A stretch of 64,000 nt of DNA, taken from contig OX597822.1 in assembly GCA_951406725.2 (NCBI GenBank), positions 16,120,001-16,184,000 of the forward strand, read 5' to 3'. Under the pieces are notes generated by a model. The model was not told the DNA's origin and made no database searches. It saw only the letters and a program-made list of their open reading frames with translations. Positions 40,633-55,121 of the stretch are shown here, one piece after another (position 1 is the first letter of the stretch; each line of letters begins with the position of its first letter). Origin of the DNA: Octopus vulgaris. Its lineage: Eukaryota. The position numbers and the translations under genes were made by a program.

Positions 40633-41281
40633 TGAGAAAGGAAGAAATAGAATCAAGTATATATTCTTCAAGACGTGAAAATATAGAGCAAAATAAAAGA
40701 GAAAAATAACTGCAGCTTATTTGAACTACCTACTTAAAGGTAGATTGTAATGCGTCTTTAAGTTTATTCCAGTATATTTTGATTATACATCGGCATAAAT
40801 ATTAAATATATCAGAAGAGTAATATATGAAAAAAATTCAAGTATTTCTTGACAGTTAAAGTTAATTATAATTTGAATATCTTTAAGAAGACGATTGTATA
40901 CGTCTTATTAATTTTCTGCCTATCACTGAACTGAATCCTGCTTTGATTTAACACCGAATATTAAATGGTTGTCTCTCTCTTTATTTATTGAAATGTATTC
41001 GATGAAAGTGAGATGCTGAAAACATTTAGATTCTGTTTCGTTATTATTTCTCAGATATCAGAATTTAATGGCGTGTTCATATGAGGAACAATCTATAAAT
41101 GTGCTATAATAAATACAATTTAATTCAGTAAAACAAGTTTTCGGCAATTTTAATAATATATATGAAAAGACATTACTATAGAAAACGTAAATGATAAATG
41201 ATCACGGTTATTTTCACAAAAAAAAATCTTATTTCTATTTGTTAACATCACGTAATAAAATCATGAGCAGATGTTCGTTCC

Positions 41282-41340
<59 letters not shown>

Positions 41341-41537
41341 ATCAATAAGTATCTATTTTCCAAAATATGGGTACAAATACATATTTGCATATACACATGT
41401 ACACACACACATACAACTACAAATGTATATGTGTGTGTGTGTATCGAGGGATAGATAGGTAGACAGACAGAAAGATAGTTTTACACATACAATACATGCA
41501 CGCATGCATATGTATATCTATCTATCTGTCTATCCAT

Positions 41538-41578
<41 letters not shown>

Positions 41579-41754
41579 CATATACATAAAGAGAGACAGA
41601 CAGACAGACAGGCAGTGAGACAGAGAGAGATACATATACATATATGACTATTCATATATAAGCATATACATAGGTGTATATATACATGTACACGGGCAAA
41701 TATATATGAATAAATATATAATACAAAGCATACACACACATATATATATGTGTG

Positions 41755-41807
<53 letters not shown>

Positions 41808-42161
41808 CTCGGTAAACATTTATACTCATATGCACAGCGCATCTACACGCACATACATTATAATATACCTAAATTTAGTTTGTATTATATATGTGTGACG
41901 GAATATGAACGTGTGTGAAGGTATATATTGACACTATACATTATATATACGTATATACATATATGTGATAGGTTGTGTTAGTGTGTATGCGTGTGTGTGA
42001 GTATAGACGTGCGTGTGGTGTCTGTATCGTGAATATATTCATCGATTAGGAAACGGTATATTTACAATATAAAGACCCATAGAAATATATACACATAATA
42101 TATAGATACATGCGTGTGCTTGTGAGTGTATGTGGGGGTATGTGCACGCGCGAGTGTGCGT

Positions 42162-42272
<111 letters not shown>

Positions 42273-43244
42273 GAGAAAACATAAAGCGAGATAATTATAC
42301 ATATATGTTTTTGAATGAAAAACATACATTCAGGTAGAAAATATCAAAATATTTATTATAAAGATATAATTACCAGCGTCTTCACACACAATTCCTGGAC
42401 GTAGATTGAAATGTATAAATGTCTGCAAAATACCTCAATGCCATCTTGTACGTGTTCCTATTAACGAGCAGAACGAATACGCTTGATTACCCAAAGAGCT
42501 TTCCTTCTGATCACGAACATTGAAAAGAAGCTGTCTGTCTTACTGTCTTACTGTTTGTACTCAGTGTTGTCGACAAATGAAATGTTGCCATACACACATA
42601 CTTACACATAGACACTATGTATGTATGCTTATGTAAACTCGGATGTATGCCTGTGTGCACATATGTATATATATATGTTTGCGTGTGTGCGTGTGTGTTA
42701 TATATAAGTACATACATACACATACAGGTACATTTGTATATGTTGTATATATATATATGCATCTATACAATACACATACATCGTTGAACTATCAATCGAA
42801 AAAGATATATTTTCAGACATATTAGATGTAACTTTAACGCTCCTTTCCAGAAGTAAGCATAATTCCAATAGGCCCTCTTCCTTACGTTTGGTAACTTATA
42901 ATTTTCTGTATAGAATGTTACTTTTCGTGAATCTAATTTCATATTCTTGTGGTCTGTAATGAATGATTCCTTTTTGTTTCTTTTATTAAACATATATTCT
43001 CCTGCAATGGCTACTTTGCGTTACATTCTTATATATATATGTAAGACATTATGTTCGATGAATGATCGGCTGATCACAAGACAGTTATATATTTTTTTTT
43101 TTAGTTGCATACAAATTTGTTTGTGGCTGTGTATTCCTATTTTTGTCATTCTTGAAGACACATGTGCGATCAAAGAAAGGGATTTCACCATTCTCTATGA
43201 TCCTTCCCAATCCATATTTCACTGATTCCTCAGATGACAAAGAT

Positions 43245-43420
43245 TAGTTGTACCTGTTTCAAAGGGCCAGGCTTGTCAAATGTGTGTAATGCTGAATCTT
43301 CCTAAGAGCCAAGTGAAGTTTATGCGTATCAGTGGAGAGTTCAGCCAGTTGCACGTTAGTTTCACGAGCCGGCAGTTTGGCTGATCGAATCAACTGGAAT
43401 ACTCATCGTCGTAACCGATG
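43245..43420 (+). mobile_element. SINE family D 3' part
   Basis: Homologous to 39609-39790 (reverse complement) and 49500-49625. Confidence 0.5.
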
Positions 43421-43883
43421 TTAAACCAGGAGATAGCATGTGGTATTCCATGACAATTTCTGTATTGTAGCAAACAGTTTTTATTATACAGTTTGTTATT
43501 AAAAGCCGACTTCGTTTTATACAGAATTTATACTTGCTTCTGGAAAGGTTTTCGAAATATCCCTTCGAAGATTACATATAATTATGTGACCGACATATTT
43601 TTTCAGTACAATGCCAGGTTATTAAAATGGTTGATTTGTCTACTTCACATCATGGCATTTTCATCGGTCCTGCTTTCTCTATGTTTCATATCTGTGTCGT
43701 ACGTTATGCCCAGGAAGTTATATCGACAGTGACTGTAATGCTGACATATGCAGTGAGTTAATCAAAGCTTTCTTAATGCATGGCCGTTTTTGTGATATAA
43801 TAGTGAACGTCTCTTATCACTATGTTTGTATCATGATTTGACTTGTTTTAATGCATCTAAAATATATCAACAAACAAACTCAC

Positions 43884-44027
43884 GTAGTCCTGTCCCGCCG
43901 TTAATGCCACATTGATGCAAAATAGGTCATTGATGTTTTCCATTATATTGATGCCGTTGATAGAAAACAAAGCTTTTATGGCAGGCATTGTTATTTCGAT
44001 AGCCATGCGTTTCATGACGATGTGTTG
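43884..44027 (-). pseudogene. GREB1-like exon, 144 nt, open, phase 0/0
   Basis: TTTCTCACAG acceptor and GTGAGT donor; only one open frame: QHIVMKRMAIEITMPAIKALFSINGINIMENINDLFCINVALTAGQDY. Confidence 0.65.
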
Positions 44028-44459
44028 CTGTGAGAAATCTGACACTTTGTAGGAAATGGTTTACAAATTGATGTGTAGTATTCGTCTTTGTTGAAATGCG
44101 TGAACCAGTCACTGTTTCTCTTCTTGATAGCAATAAAATAATAAAACAATATCCATTGGCATTTCTCTTATTGCATTATTGCATTGCCTTACACTGTTGG
44201 GTTTCGAAATCCGGTTACTGATAACGTTTAGTAGAGACAGTGAAATTACTGCATACATATATATGCATACACAAATACACATACACACACATATACGCGC
44301 ACTCATTAATAGATATGTTTAGAGCGAGAGAAAGAAAGAAAGAGAAAAAAATAGCACATACAAAATAACAAATAACACAGTCTATGTGTGAGTGTATGTG
44401 CGCATGTGTGTATGAGTGTGTGTGTGTATATATATATATATGTATATATGTATGCATAT

Positions 44460-44535
<76 letters not shown>

Positions 44536-44749
44536 CTATATATATATATATACATCCTAGCTGTTCAGAGTACAGGATGGTATCGCTGGATCGAACTTTG
44601 TTGTGAGCTGCTACCTCGCAATTCAATAAGACGCAGAGCACAAACTTGTGTTGGAAACGCTCATGTTTTGACGACGGGTTCAGTAAGCCATCCCTGGCTA
44701 TGTCTGTTAGGGTTGCAGAAAAATATCTCCCTCGTATAATTAGTTGGCT

Positions 44750-44992
44750 CACTTCCTGCGCTCGCGACGATTCATCAACGAACGGAAAGGTGGAAGCTTC
44801 GGTAAAGCAGTTCTTCGCCTCGAACGACAAAAGCTGGTATCAACTAGGAAGCAAAGAACAGGCAGAAAGATCGCTTCAGAAGATATAACACGATGGCCTC
44901 TTCTTTGAATGCTAGGCTGTTTTTGCGGTAATTTGACAAATGAAGCAAATGGGATACCAAGATAGTGCTAAACTTTTGACTCAACGCAAGAT
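44750..44992 (+). mobile_element. mariner 3' fragment
   Basis: KVEASVKQFFASNDKSWYQLG.KE.AER...DGLFFE transposase C-terminus, TIR-like AACTTTTGACTCAAC, then TA repeats. Confidence 0.7.
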
Positions 44993-45044
44993 ATATATAT
45001 ATATATGTATATACTCTTACTCTTAACTCTTTCTCTCTCTCTCT

Positions 45045-45803
<759 letters not shown>

Positions 45804-45920
45804 CATATGTATATATATCATGTATCACATATTAAGTAGTATATATATTAAATACATATGTACCTACTGATTTTCAGATATTATACGCATCTACATATGT
45901 AAATACTTATGTATGTATGT

Positions 45921-47735
45921 CATTATTCAGTTTATTTTAAGATTTCGTATCAGTAGAGAAAGAAGCGATTTCTAACCTAGATACAAGGCTCGTTTCATTG
46001 GAATGTAAACATGAACAAGAGGGTGATTCTGTTTGTATGTATAAATGTATGTGCAGATTTTTATATTGTATATATTAATATTTATATTTTATCTACATAT
46101 AGTTGCATATCTAGACATACTCATATATATTTAAATGATAAATTTCTGGAAAGTCTTAGAAATTTTTACAGGGATGATTTGGATCTGAAGTCTTCAAATC
46201 AGCTTCTTTTTTTTGAGAAGCCTAATTTCTCAAGATTGGTATTTAGGCAGTGTTTTACATATCCCAGGGCCCCTATAATTACAGCTATAAACCTGAACTT
46301 GTAATCTCGATAGAGTAACTGCAGATTTCTCAAAAGTTAAGCGTAGATATTCTCCTTTTCACTGATCTTCAGCTTTATGTTAACATCCACTGGGCAGCTA
46401 ATTTCCACAACTGTACACAGTTTCTCTTCTCTATCCCAAATCCTTATATCAGGTCTGTTGTGCTTACATTTTATTGAGATCTTCAGTGCTTTATTCCACC
46501 AGTGTTCCTTTACTTTTTGAGTGGTTACGGCTTCTACCATATTGTGGGGTTTTATTTCATTGTCCTCAGGATTATCCTTCCGACGGATTTCATTATAGAG
46601 TGTCCTAGCTACAAGGCCTTGTCTCCTCGGTAGATAATACCGTGATGACATTTTCGAACAACTGCTTATGATGTGGGTGATATCTTCAGTGTTAACTCCA
46701 CAAAGTCTGCATCGGTTGTCACATTTTACGGCTTTTCCTGCATTTCCATCCCTTTTGTGCATCAAGTATTTGGTTGATATTTCCTGTTACTGGATTGCAA
46801 ACGTATACCCTTCACAGTGGGAGGTAGTAATTCGGCTATTGGTCCATGGTAAACTGCTTTGATGATTGATGTTACTATCATCACGGAGCTTTTTCTGTGC
46901 ATAATCTTCTGCTCATATAGGCTCACCCTTTCATCTAATGATAGGTTGTGACTTCTTTGGGCATGTATTTAAGGTTATCAGACAAGGAATGTTGCTCAAG
47001 GAGCTGCCTTCCAAGTCTTGTGATGTTATCAGATTCATGTTTGCAAACTTGGTCAAGGGATGCACTTCGACACTTGGTGGTTAAAAGATGTTCCCGAAGG
47101 GATATGATGCGACATTCAAAGGCATTTTGGATCGATATTAATGCACAGAGTTCTGAGGTTCATATTTTCTTTATTCGTCTGTAAATTTCTTTACTGACAC
47201 ATGTTTTGCTACAGGTGCCATTGCAATATATATTTTCATTCACACCTAGATACTTGTAACATTCCTCGTCAGATACAGGGGAGACATTCAAATCATTGAT
47301 GGAGATGTTAGCAATCCGGTTTATAGTTTTTCCCCTTTTCAGAATCACATGACAACAATTCACGTGACCAAACTCCATTCCTACATCCTTTGAAGATGTT
47401 GTAACTAGGTGAAGGCTCTTTTTCATCTCATGCATATTCTTTGCTTAATGTTTCATGTCATCCAGAAAGAAACAGTGTGGAATTTTGGTATTTCTGTTTC
47501 CTTGTGTACCAGTGAGATATTCTTCAGAATTTCTTAACATGAATGACAAAGTATAAACAACATCACAGAGATGGGTGTCTCCTTCGAATATGCCTTTGCG
47601 GTACTGTATTCTATCGGTGATAATACTGTCACTGTTTGTTTAATTTCAAGATGGTGGCCATGATGAAGTCAGGTCAGCTATGGCTTTGACAATTCTCATT
47701 GGAAATATAGCAAGTTGAAGGGCTTGTAGCTTCCA
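45921..47735 (-). mobile_element. R4-like RLE LINE (partial RT + CCHC + RLE + 3' UTR), decayed
   Basis: KGIFEGD, HCFFLDDM, DVGMEFG, YKYLG, CRLC..EDITHIISSC, HNRPDI, VEISCP, EKENIY; 3' end AAATAAAACTGAATAATGA(CATA)n. Confidence 0.88.
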
Positions 47736-47749
47736 TGAGTGGGGGAACA

Positions 47750-47899
47750 GACCTCAGTACGCAACTAGTACTTAATTTATCAACCCCGAAACGAGGAAAG
47801 GCAAAGTCGACCTCGGCGGAATTTGAACTCAGAACGTAAAGACACGAAATACCGCTAAGCATTTCGACCGGCGTGCTAACGTGTCTGCCAGCTCGCTGC
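47750..47899 (-). mobile_element. SINE family B monomer
   Basis: Head and Meta-like core in reverse complement. Confidence 0.75.
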
Positions 47900-48059
47900 T
47901 TTATGCTCTCGCACATATTGCATGTTTGTATGTATGTATGTATGTATGTATGTATGTATGTATGTGTGTGTATGTATGTATGTATGTATGTATGTATGTG
48001 TGTATGTGTGTATGTATGTGTGTGTGTATGTATGTATGTATGTGTGTGTGTGTATGTAT

Positions 48060-48093
<34 letters not shown>

Positions 48094-48921
48094 CATATAT
48101 GTGCAAATCGTCTGAGTTCATATATTGGCAAGCGTATGTTTTTACAAACTTGAAACAGGAATGACAATAAAGAAATATCATGTTTCCAAAAACGAAATAT
48201 GTTTGAATAGTTTCAATCGTTTCACAAACATCTTCTGAATGACACGAATAAACACATTATACTAATTACAAGGAACTGGAGACGACGGCAGCTTTGTAGA
48301 ATAGGGTTACGTAAAGAACCGGATTATATTTCGTTCAAATTCGCATTCAGTACAAATATCGATGTCGCCTAATTTTACCTTCATCTCTCTGGAAGTTAAT
48401 CATTTGATGGTGCTTCCTGTCATAACTTAATACTCATTGTATCAAAGAAAATTGTTTAAAACTTTATAATAATAGAACGGTGACGCAACACCAGTTCTAA
48501 ACGGGTTAAGATCATCACAGACTTCATTATTCTTTGATCAATAACGTCTCGTAGGCTGGATTTACGTCAATCTAAAACAATTCTTTCATAATTAGGTAGT
48601 ATTCTTCCATGAAACGAAATGTTTATTTTAAGCAATTAGAGTCGAAGAAATTTCAATTTATATACTTACCTATTTGTATAATTTATATCGCAATTGATTA
48701 ATTAAGGCATCATTGATTACAAGTTTGCAATGAACTGATAATGGGCGTTTTCAGCAGCATGATTTATCTGAGATTGCCAGTGTAACGATGGACAGAACAA
48801 ATACCGCAATGGGCTTCTTTCGATGAACGGAGCTGCCAGTTTCCGATGTTTTGATTTAAAGCAAATATACATAGGTGAAAGAATCAAGTATGCCTAAAGT
48901 CCCTTTCTTTCTTTCTTTCTT

Positions 48922-48959
<38 letters not shown>

Positions 48960-49063
48960 GCTCGCTCGCTCGCTCTATGTCGTCACACACACAGATGTAT
49001 ATATATAAGCGTGTGCGTGTGTATACACATATAAAGACATATATATATACATATTTATATATG

Positions 49064-49105
<42 letters not shown>

Positions 49106-49232
49106 CAGATATAGAAATATACATACATACATATATATCGTAAATATGAGGGTAATAAATTGAAATAATTTATTGACAGCGATTACATGCATAAATAAAT
49201 GTCAGAAGAATTAATATATTTTTTAAAATATA

Positions 49233-49340
49233 AAAGTGTATAAAATATTTTTATACACAGAGACCTTTGACAGGACACCTTACATGAATTCTTTCTGTCA
49301 AGGGTCCCCTCCCTGTGTATAAAAATATTTTATACACTTT
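49233..49340. repeat. Hairpin / small MITE-like inverted repeat
   Basis: AAAGTGTATAAAATATTTTTATACACAG..GACCTTTGACAG pairs with CTGTCAAGGGTC..CTGTGTATAAAAATATTTTATACACTTT. Confidence 0.7.
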
Positions 49341-49349
49341 ATATATATA

Positions 49350-49625
49350 TATTTCGATTCTCAGACCGGGCGTTGTGAGTGTTTATTGCGCAAAAACACC
49401 TAAAGCTTGACGAGGCTTTGGCAGGCGGTTGTGGCGAACCCTGCTGTAATCTTTCACCACAACTTTCTTCTCTCTCTTTCTTCCCTATTTCATAGGGCCT
49501 GTCTGTGTCACGCTGAATCTGTACACGTGTCTGTCGAGTGCTCAGCCACTTACATGTAAATTTTTACGAGCAGGCTGTTCCGTTGATCAGATCAACTGGA
49601 ACTCTCGTCGTCGTAAGCGAATTCC
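49350..49625 (+). mobile_element. SINE-like element with family D tail
   Basis: B-box remnant TTCGATTC and the shared tail. Confidence 0.5.
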
Positions 49626-49754
49626 ACTCACACATACTTCATAAAGATGCCAGTAAACTTACATCCCTGCTACTCTCATTCGAGTTTAAGGCTAACCTAG
49701 ATTCTATGAGTATTCTATCTTCTCACAATTTATGAAATCTTATACCAATCCCAA

Positions 49755-50455
49755 GTAAGGCGGGGAACTGGCAAAATCGTTATGGACGCTGAGTAAGAAA
49801 CTTAATAGTATTTCATTAAACTTGCCCACACTCCCGAAATTGCTGGCCTTGTGCCAATATTTGAAACGAATATTATCATATGAAGCAGAAACGTTAGCAC
49901 GCCGGGTGAAATGCTCAGCAGTATTTCATATGTCGCTACGTTCAAATTCCGCCGAGGACGACTCTGCCTTTCATCCTTTCGGGGTCGATAAATTAAGTAC
50001 CAGTTACGCACTGGGGTCGATATAATAGACTTAATCCATTTGTCTGTCCTTGTTTGTCCCTTCTGTGATTAGCTCCTTGTGGGTAGTAAATAAATAGGTA
50101 TTTCGTCTGCAGCTACGTTCTGAGTTCAAATTTCACCGAGGTCGACTTTGCCTTTCATCCTTTCAGGGTCGATAAATTAAGTACCAGTTACGCACTGGAG
50201 TCGATATAATCGACTTAATACGTCTGTCTGTCTTTGTTTGTCTCTTCTGTGTTTAGCATCTTGTGGGTAGTAAAGAAATAGGTATTTTATCCATCTTTAG
50301 GTTCTGAGTTCAAATTCCGCCGAGGTCAACTTTGCATTCTATCCTTTTGGAGTCGATAAATTAAGTACCAGTTGCGTACTGGGGTCGATCTAATCGACTA
50401 GACGGCCTCCCTTAAAATTTCAGACCTTGTGCCTAGATTAAAAAAAGAATATTAT
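49755..50455 (+). mobile_element. SINE family B: short deleted copy plus trimeric array
   Basis: B box/Meta core at 49941, 50125 and 50309 (184-bp period); same architecture as 598-1145. Confidence 0.82.
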
Positions 50456-51849
50456 CATACGAGCTATGTTATTGGCTACACCCACATATTTCAAATTGAA
50501 AGAAAATATAAAAAAATTAGCGAATTCAGAATTTCTTCAAACAATGAACTATTTCAATGTTTTTTGTATTGCGCAAATTTTTTAGCATATTTTCAACTGA
50601 AAATAATATTACCTCAATACAATTGTATGTATTATTATTTAGAACAAATGTGTTATTAATGATGACAATAACATTTAGAATGTTTAAAAGAAATGCATAT
50701 AATTTCATCGAAAACTACTGTTGGCTCACTCGATATAAAAGGGATTTTCGTTTTTAGTGTTTTTCTATAGACATTAAATACCAATAATTGTTAATATAAT
50801 AAGATTTTAAATATTCATCTGCTCTTTGTTATGATAATAGCTAAGATACATTGAAAACAATATCACATTAATCGTGAATTAATTCTGGTATTTTTTACAA
50901 ATTAATTTTAAAAGACCTTTTCTTTGTGAATTTCTTTAGAATACGTGTGTGTGGGTGGGGGGGGAGAAACAAAGCTTTTATCACTTCTGTATATATCGTT
51001 ACGTCATTCATGCTTTGAATTTTAGAAAGGACGTACAGCAGCGTGTGTGTGTGTGTGTGTGTTTGTGTGTGTGTGCGTGTGTGTGTGTGTGTGAGTGTGT
51101 GTGTGAGTGTTCTCCACACAAATACTTACACACACACATGTAGCCACACTCATACACAACCATTTACAGAAAAACACAAGCAAAAAATACTTTGGGAAGT
51201 ACAGACATTATTTTTCTGTGTGCGGGTGTGTGTGTGTGTGTAAGAGATAGAGAGAGAGAAACAGTGAGTGAGTGATGAGTGAGTGGAAAGGAAGAGATGC
51301 AGATAAATAGCCGGATGGATACGGAGAGAGATAAACATTTAGATGAACGTAGCTTACTGGTTTGTTTCATTGAAAAAATATGCATTAAAAATAATGCAAG
51401 TCTTTTAGCGATCAATGTGATTTGCAATGGAATGAACAGGGAAAATGTAAGCAAATGTATTTTTCATACTTGAAGGTAGGAAAAAAAAGAGTGCTTGTTC
51501 TGGTTTCGAGCCTAGCTGAGACTCTCCTGAGATAAATCTGAAAGCAATTTTCTTGTCATGCGAAACCTGCTATATGGTTATCACTGAGAGCAGCGGAGTC
51601 TTCGCTGCAACGGTGCTGAGCACATGGCCGTGGTTGATGATATGTTTTGGAGGCCTCCGCATCAGAACAGAAAACAAGAATCATTATTGGCAAAGATGCA
51701 AAACATGAAAACCTACCAAAAATAATAATTCTAGCAGAAATTTGTAGAGTGGCCTCGTGACAGTTGAAGTCTCTAGAAAAAGAAGAATAGGAATTTATAG
51801 ACACTAAGGATCATGACTTCTCTAAGTCACATTGTGCAGGTTGACATGA

Positions 51850-52060
51850 CAACTTTCTCTGTCATGGTCACAGCGACGATCACACACTACACGCCTTCCT
51901 TCCAAGCAATGCTATAAATAGCTGAAGTGGGCTAGAACGTACAAATTTGGTGCGCTTGCACAACAGAGGTCAAGGTTAATCTGTGCCAGGCGGTTTCACT
52001 GTGTGGGCTTTAGCTTCGTAATTATGGCAACAGTCCGGATAATTATTGATCAGACCTCGA
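51850..52060 (-). mobile_element. mariner 5' fragment
   Basis: TIR-like CGAGGTCTGATCAATAATTATCCGGACTG leading to ATGACAGAGAAAGTT (MTEKV, a mariner-type start). Confidence 0.6.
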
Positions 52061-52150
52061 ATGCACATACATGCACTCAGATGCACATCCTCACACAAAC
52101 ACAAATATACATACGTACACTTACACTCACACGCACACACATACACGCAT

Positions 52151-52225
<75 letters not shown>

Positions 52226-52402
52226 ATATATAAGAAAAATAAAAACGGAAAATACGCACACTTACATGGTTATAGTATAATTTTTAATGTATCGACCGAT
52301 TTCGCAATCGCTATTCATGATACAATGTTTAATTTATATGAAAATATATTTTTCTGAAGAAGAAAATGGGTCCATGTTGTTTATAATGAGATTCACGAGT
52401 GA

Positions 52403-52574
52403 ATGATTTTACAAGTTGACTAGTAAAGGGAGGTAATTGGTTGTTATTATTGTTATTGTTGTCTGTATACATATTTTTCCCCACCCAAAACCTAAACAGT
52501 TATCTCCTTTACAGACAACAATAACAATAATAACAACCAATTACCTCCCTTTACTTGTCAACTTGTAAAATCAT
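52403..52574. repeat. 65-bp inverted repeat, 1 mismatch, 42-bp spacer
   Basis: Arms 52403-52467 and 52510-52574. Confidence 0.9.
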
Positions 52575-52892
52575 AAATATAGGTACAGGCGCATGCATAC
52601 ACACACGTACACTTGTGTGAACGTATGGAGATGTGCGTGCTAATTTTCTTATTATTTTCACAAAATTCATAAATAATAAAACTTTTATAAGACTTTATAA
52701 AATGCTGTGCATTTATGCTATAGACGCTTGAATTGAAGCCAGAGTTGTTGAGAACTTAGACGAATTGATGTGGTGTGGCTATGAGTATGAAAGTGTAGAA
52801 GAGTATATAGGACATAGTTTAGGTTATCTGGAGTGGAGAAGTGGTACGCTCAAAATAGGGCCACGTGTAAGCAACGGAAGTTCATTCCTGAT

Positions 52893-52972
52893 ATTCAAGT
52901 TGCTCTCTGTTGATGCTAAAGCATTTAAATTTTCCGTGATACAGAGGTCTTATATGTACATACATGTATAAG

Positions 52973-53049
<77 letters not shown>

Positions 53050-53153
53050 TATGTATATTCATATAAACATATACCTATACATGTATGTACATATGAGACC
53101 TCTGTATCACGGAAAAGTTAAATGATTTAACATCAACAGAGACCAACCTGAAA
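52893..53153. repeat. ~78-bp imperfect inverted repeat around (TA)n
   Basis: Arms 52893-52970 and 53076-53153. Confidence 0.8.
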
Positions 53154-53392
53154 TCATTATAATGTTGCATTATCCAGGGCTGGATACGACCAGGAAATCA
53201 CCTTCCTAGATCTTGATAACATAAATCTCTTAAATTATGAAGATAATGTAAATAGCTCAACTAACATAGAATCTCATACTCTAAATAAACATAAATGAAT
53301 AGAAGAAAAAAACCTAGTATATAAACTCAATAATACGAATGAAAATAGTAAACAGTTAGCTAGAGATAGAATAAATAGTAACAACAATAATA

Positions 53393-53450
<58 letters not shown>

Positions 53451-53533
53451 TAGCAATAATAATAATGAAATAAAAATAATAATAATGATAATAAGATGAT
53501 AATAAAAATGATAATAATAATAATGATAATAAT

Positions 53534-53622
<89 letters not shown>

Positions 53623-53847
53623 TTAATATAAATAGTGATAACAACATCAATAATATAGGTAGTATAGATAAAAATGTAGTAGGTGATGATAGTGAGAATA
53701 GATTAATAACTAGGAACCCCAGTTTACATAACAATATACATACTATTAGAGGAAATAACACTAATACTAATAATAAACTCGAGTAACGGAAATGAAAACG
53801 AATTGTCCATAAATAATACTAGTACCAGAAATTATCCCCCCAGTTTT

Positions 53848-54205
53848 AATTGTAGGATTAGATCGAAATATCCGGTATCTGGCCGCTGTTTGGTCCTAAA
53901 TATAATTTATAAATGTACAATAGTGACTTCAAATAACAACTATCTTTATTTCGGTTAAAAAAAAAACATTTAAACAATCATTTTTCCTCCTTTAGGCTTA
54001 AACACAAGGCAGGTTGCACAACATTGTCTAGTAAAATTTGGGAACTGAAAAGGAATAATATAGAATTTAACCTGAAACGGGATATAGTAAGAAAAACACG
54101 GCCTTATAAAAATAGTAGTAAATTTCCCCAAGACACCTGATGAAGGCTGGAGGGTATATCAGCCAAAACGTTATGTTAAAAACAAACAAGATGAGGGCAA
54201 ATAAT
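53848..54205 (+). mobile_element. Penelope-like GIY-YIG endonuclease remnant plus pLTR with decayed hammerhead
   Basis: NCRIRSKYPVSGRCLVLNIIYKC...YFG; NHFSSFR..TTLSSKIWELK..PY; CTGATGA (54137-54143), GGCTG/CAGCC stem II, GAAA changed to AAAA. Confidence 0.75.
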
Positions 54206-55029
54206 GTAAATAATGTATACGAGTGTCTCCCAAATTTTTGTGCGTACAAGAAAATGACAAGTATTGTTATACAGTCTAATGATAATTGGGTTCTCCCAGT
54301 TTAGAAACCATATAGCAGGAATGAGTTATAACGTGTACTGAGGAAGCTAAACTTATTTTCGTTTCCACTATACTATAACACATCAGACAAGAAGTTATTA
54401 ATGGAATATTAATTAGGGCTAATGTAAATTTGTATGTTTACAAGGAATTTTTGTGCTATATTAGATTAGTGTAATTTTGCCGGTAGTTTCATGGCAACTA
54501 TCAAAAACACGAAATATGGAAACATATAATTTTCCATAGCAGATGGCGTTATGAATGAGGTAGTGTAATTTAAAATTATACGTTATTGGGTAAAGACGTA
54601 TAATCGTTCGCATACATCATTATGAAGCAGCGTAATTCTATGTTCCAATAAGAAACTAAGCGTGTCTCTATTTGTAGAAAAGCTATATGATTTTATATCA
54701 TAGCAAATATCGAAATTAAATATACCGATTAACATACAATAATGTTTTCATATGATAAGCTATTTGGTGGCTCAAAGTAGGGGTAGATGTTCATTAACTT
54801 TACAGGCTGGTTACCTATTAAGTTAGGTCAATGATTTGAAATGTTAGAAAAATCTGAAAGATATAATATGGGGAAGAAAAATGCGATTGTAATTATCTCC
54901 ACTTAAAGAATTTTACTATTTTTACTGAGTAACACTGGCTGTTGTATCTGATCACGTCTGTCTCAACCAAAACAAATTTCGACTTCTTGAAATTTTATAT
55001 TAGGGAGTATTACCTATCTACCTATCTAC

Positions 55030-55118
<89 letters not shown>

Positions 55119-55121
<3 letters not shown>

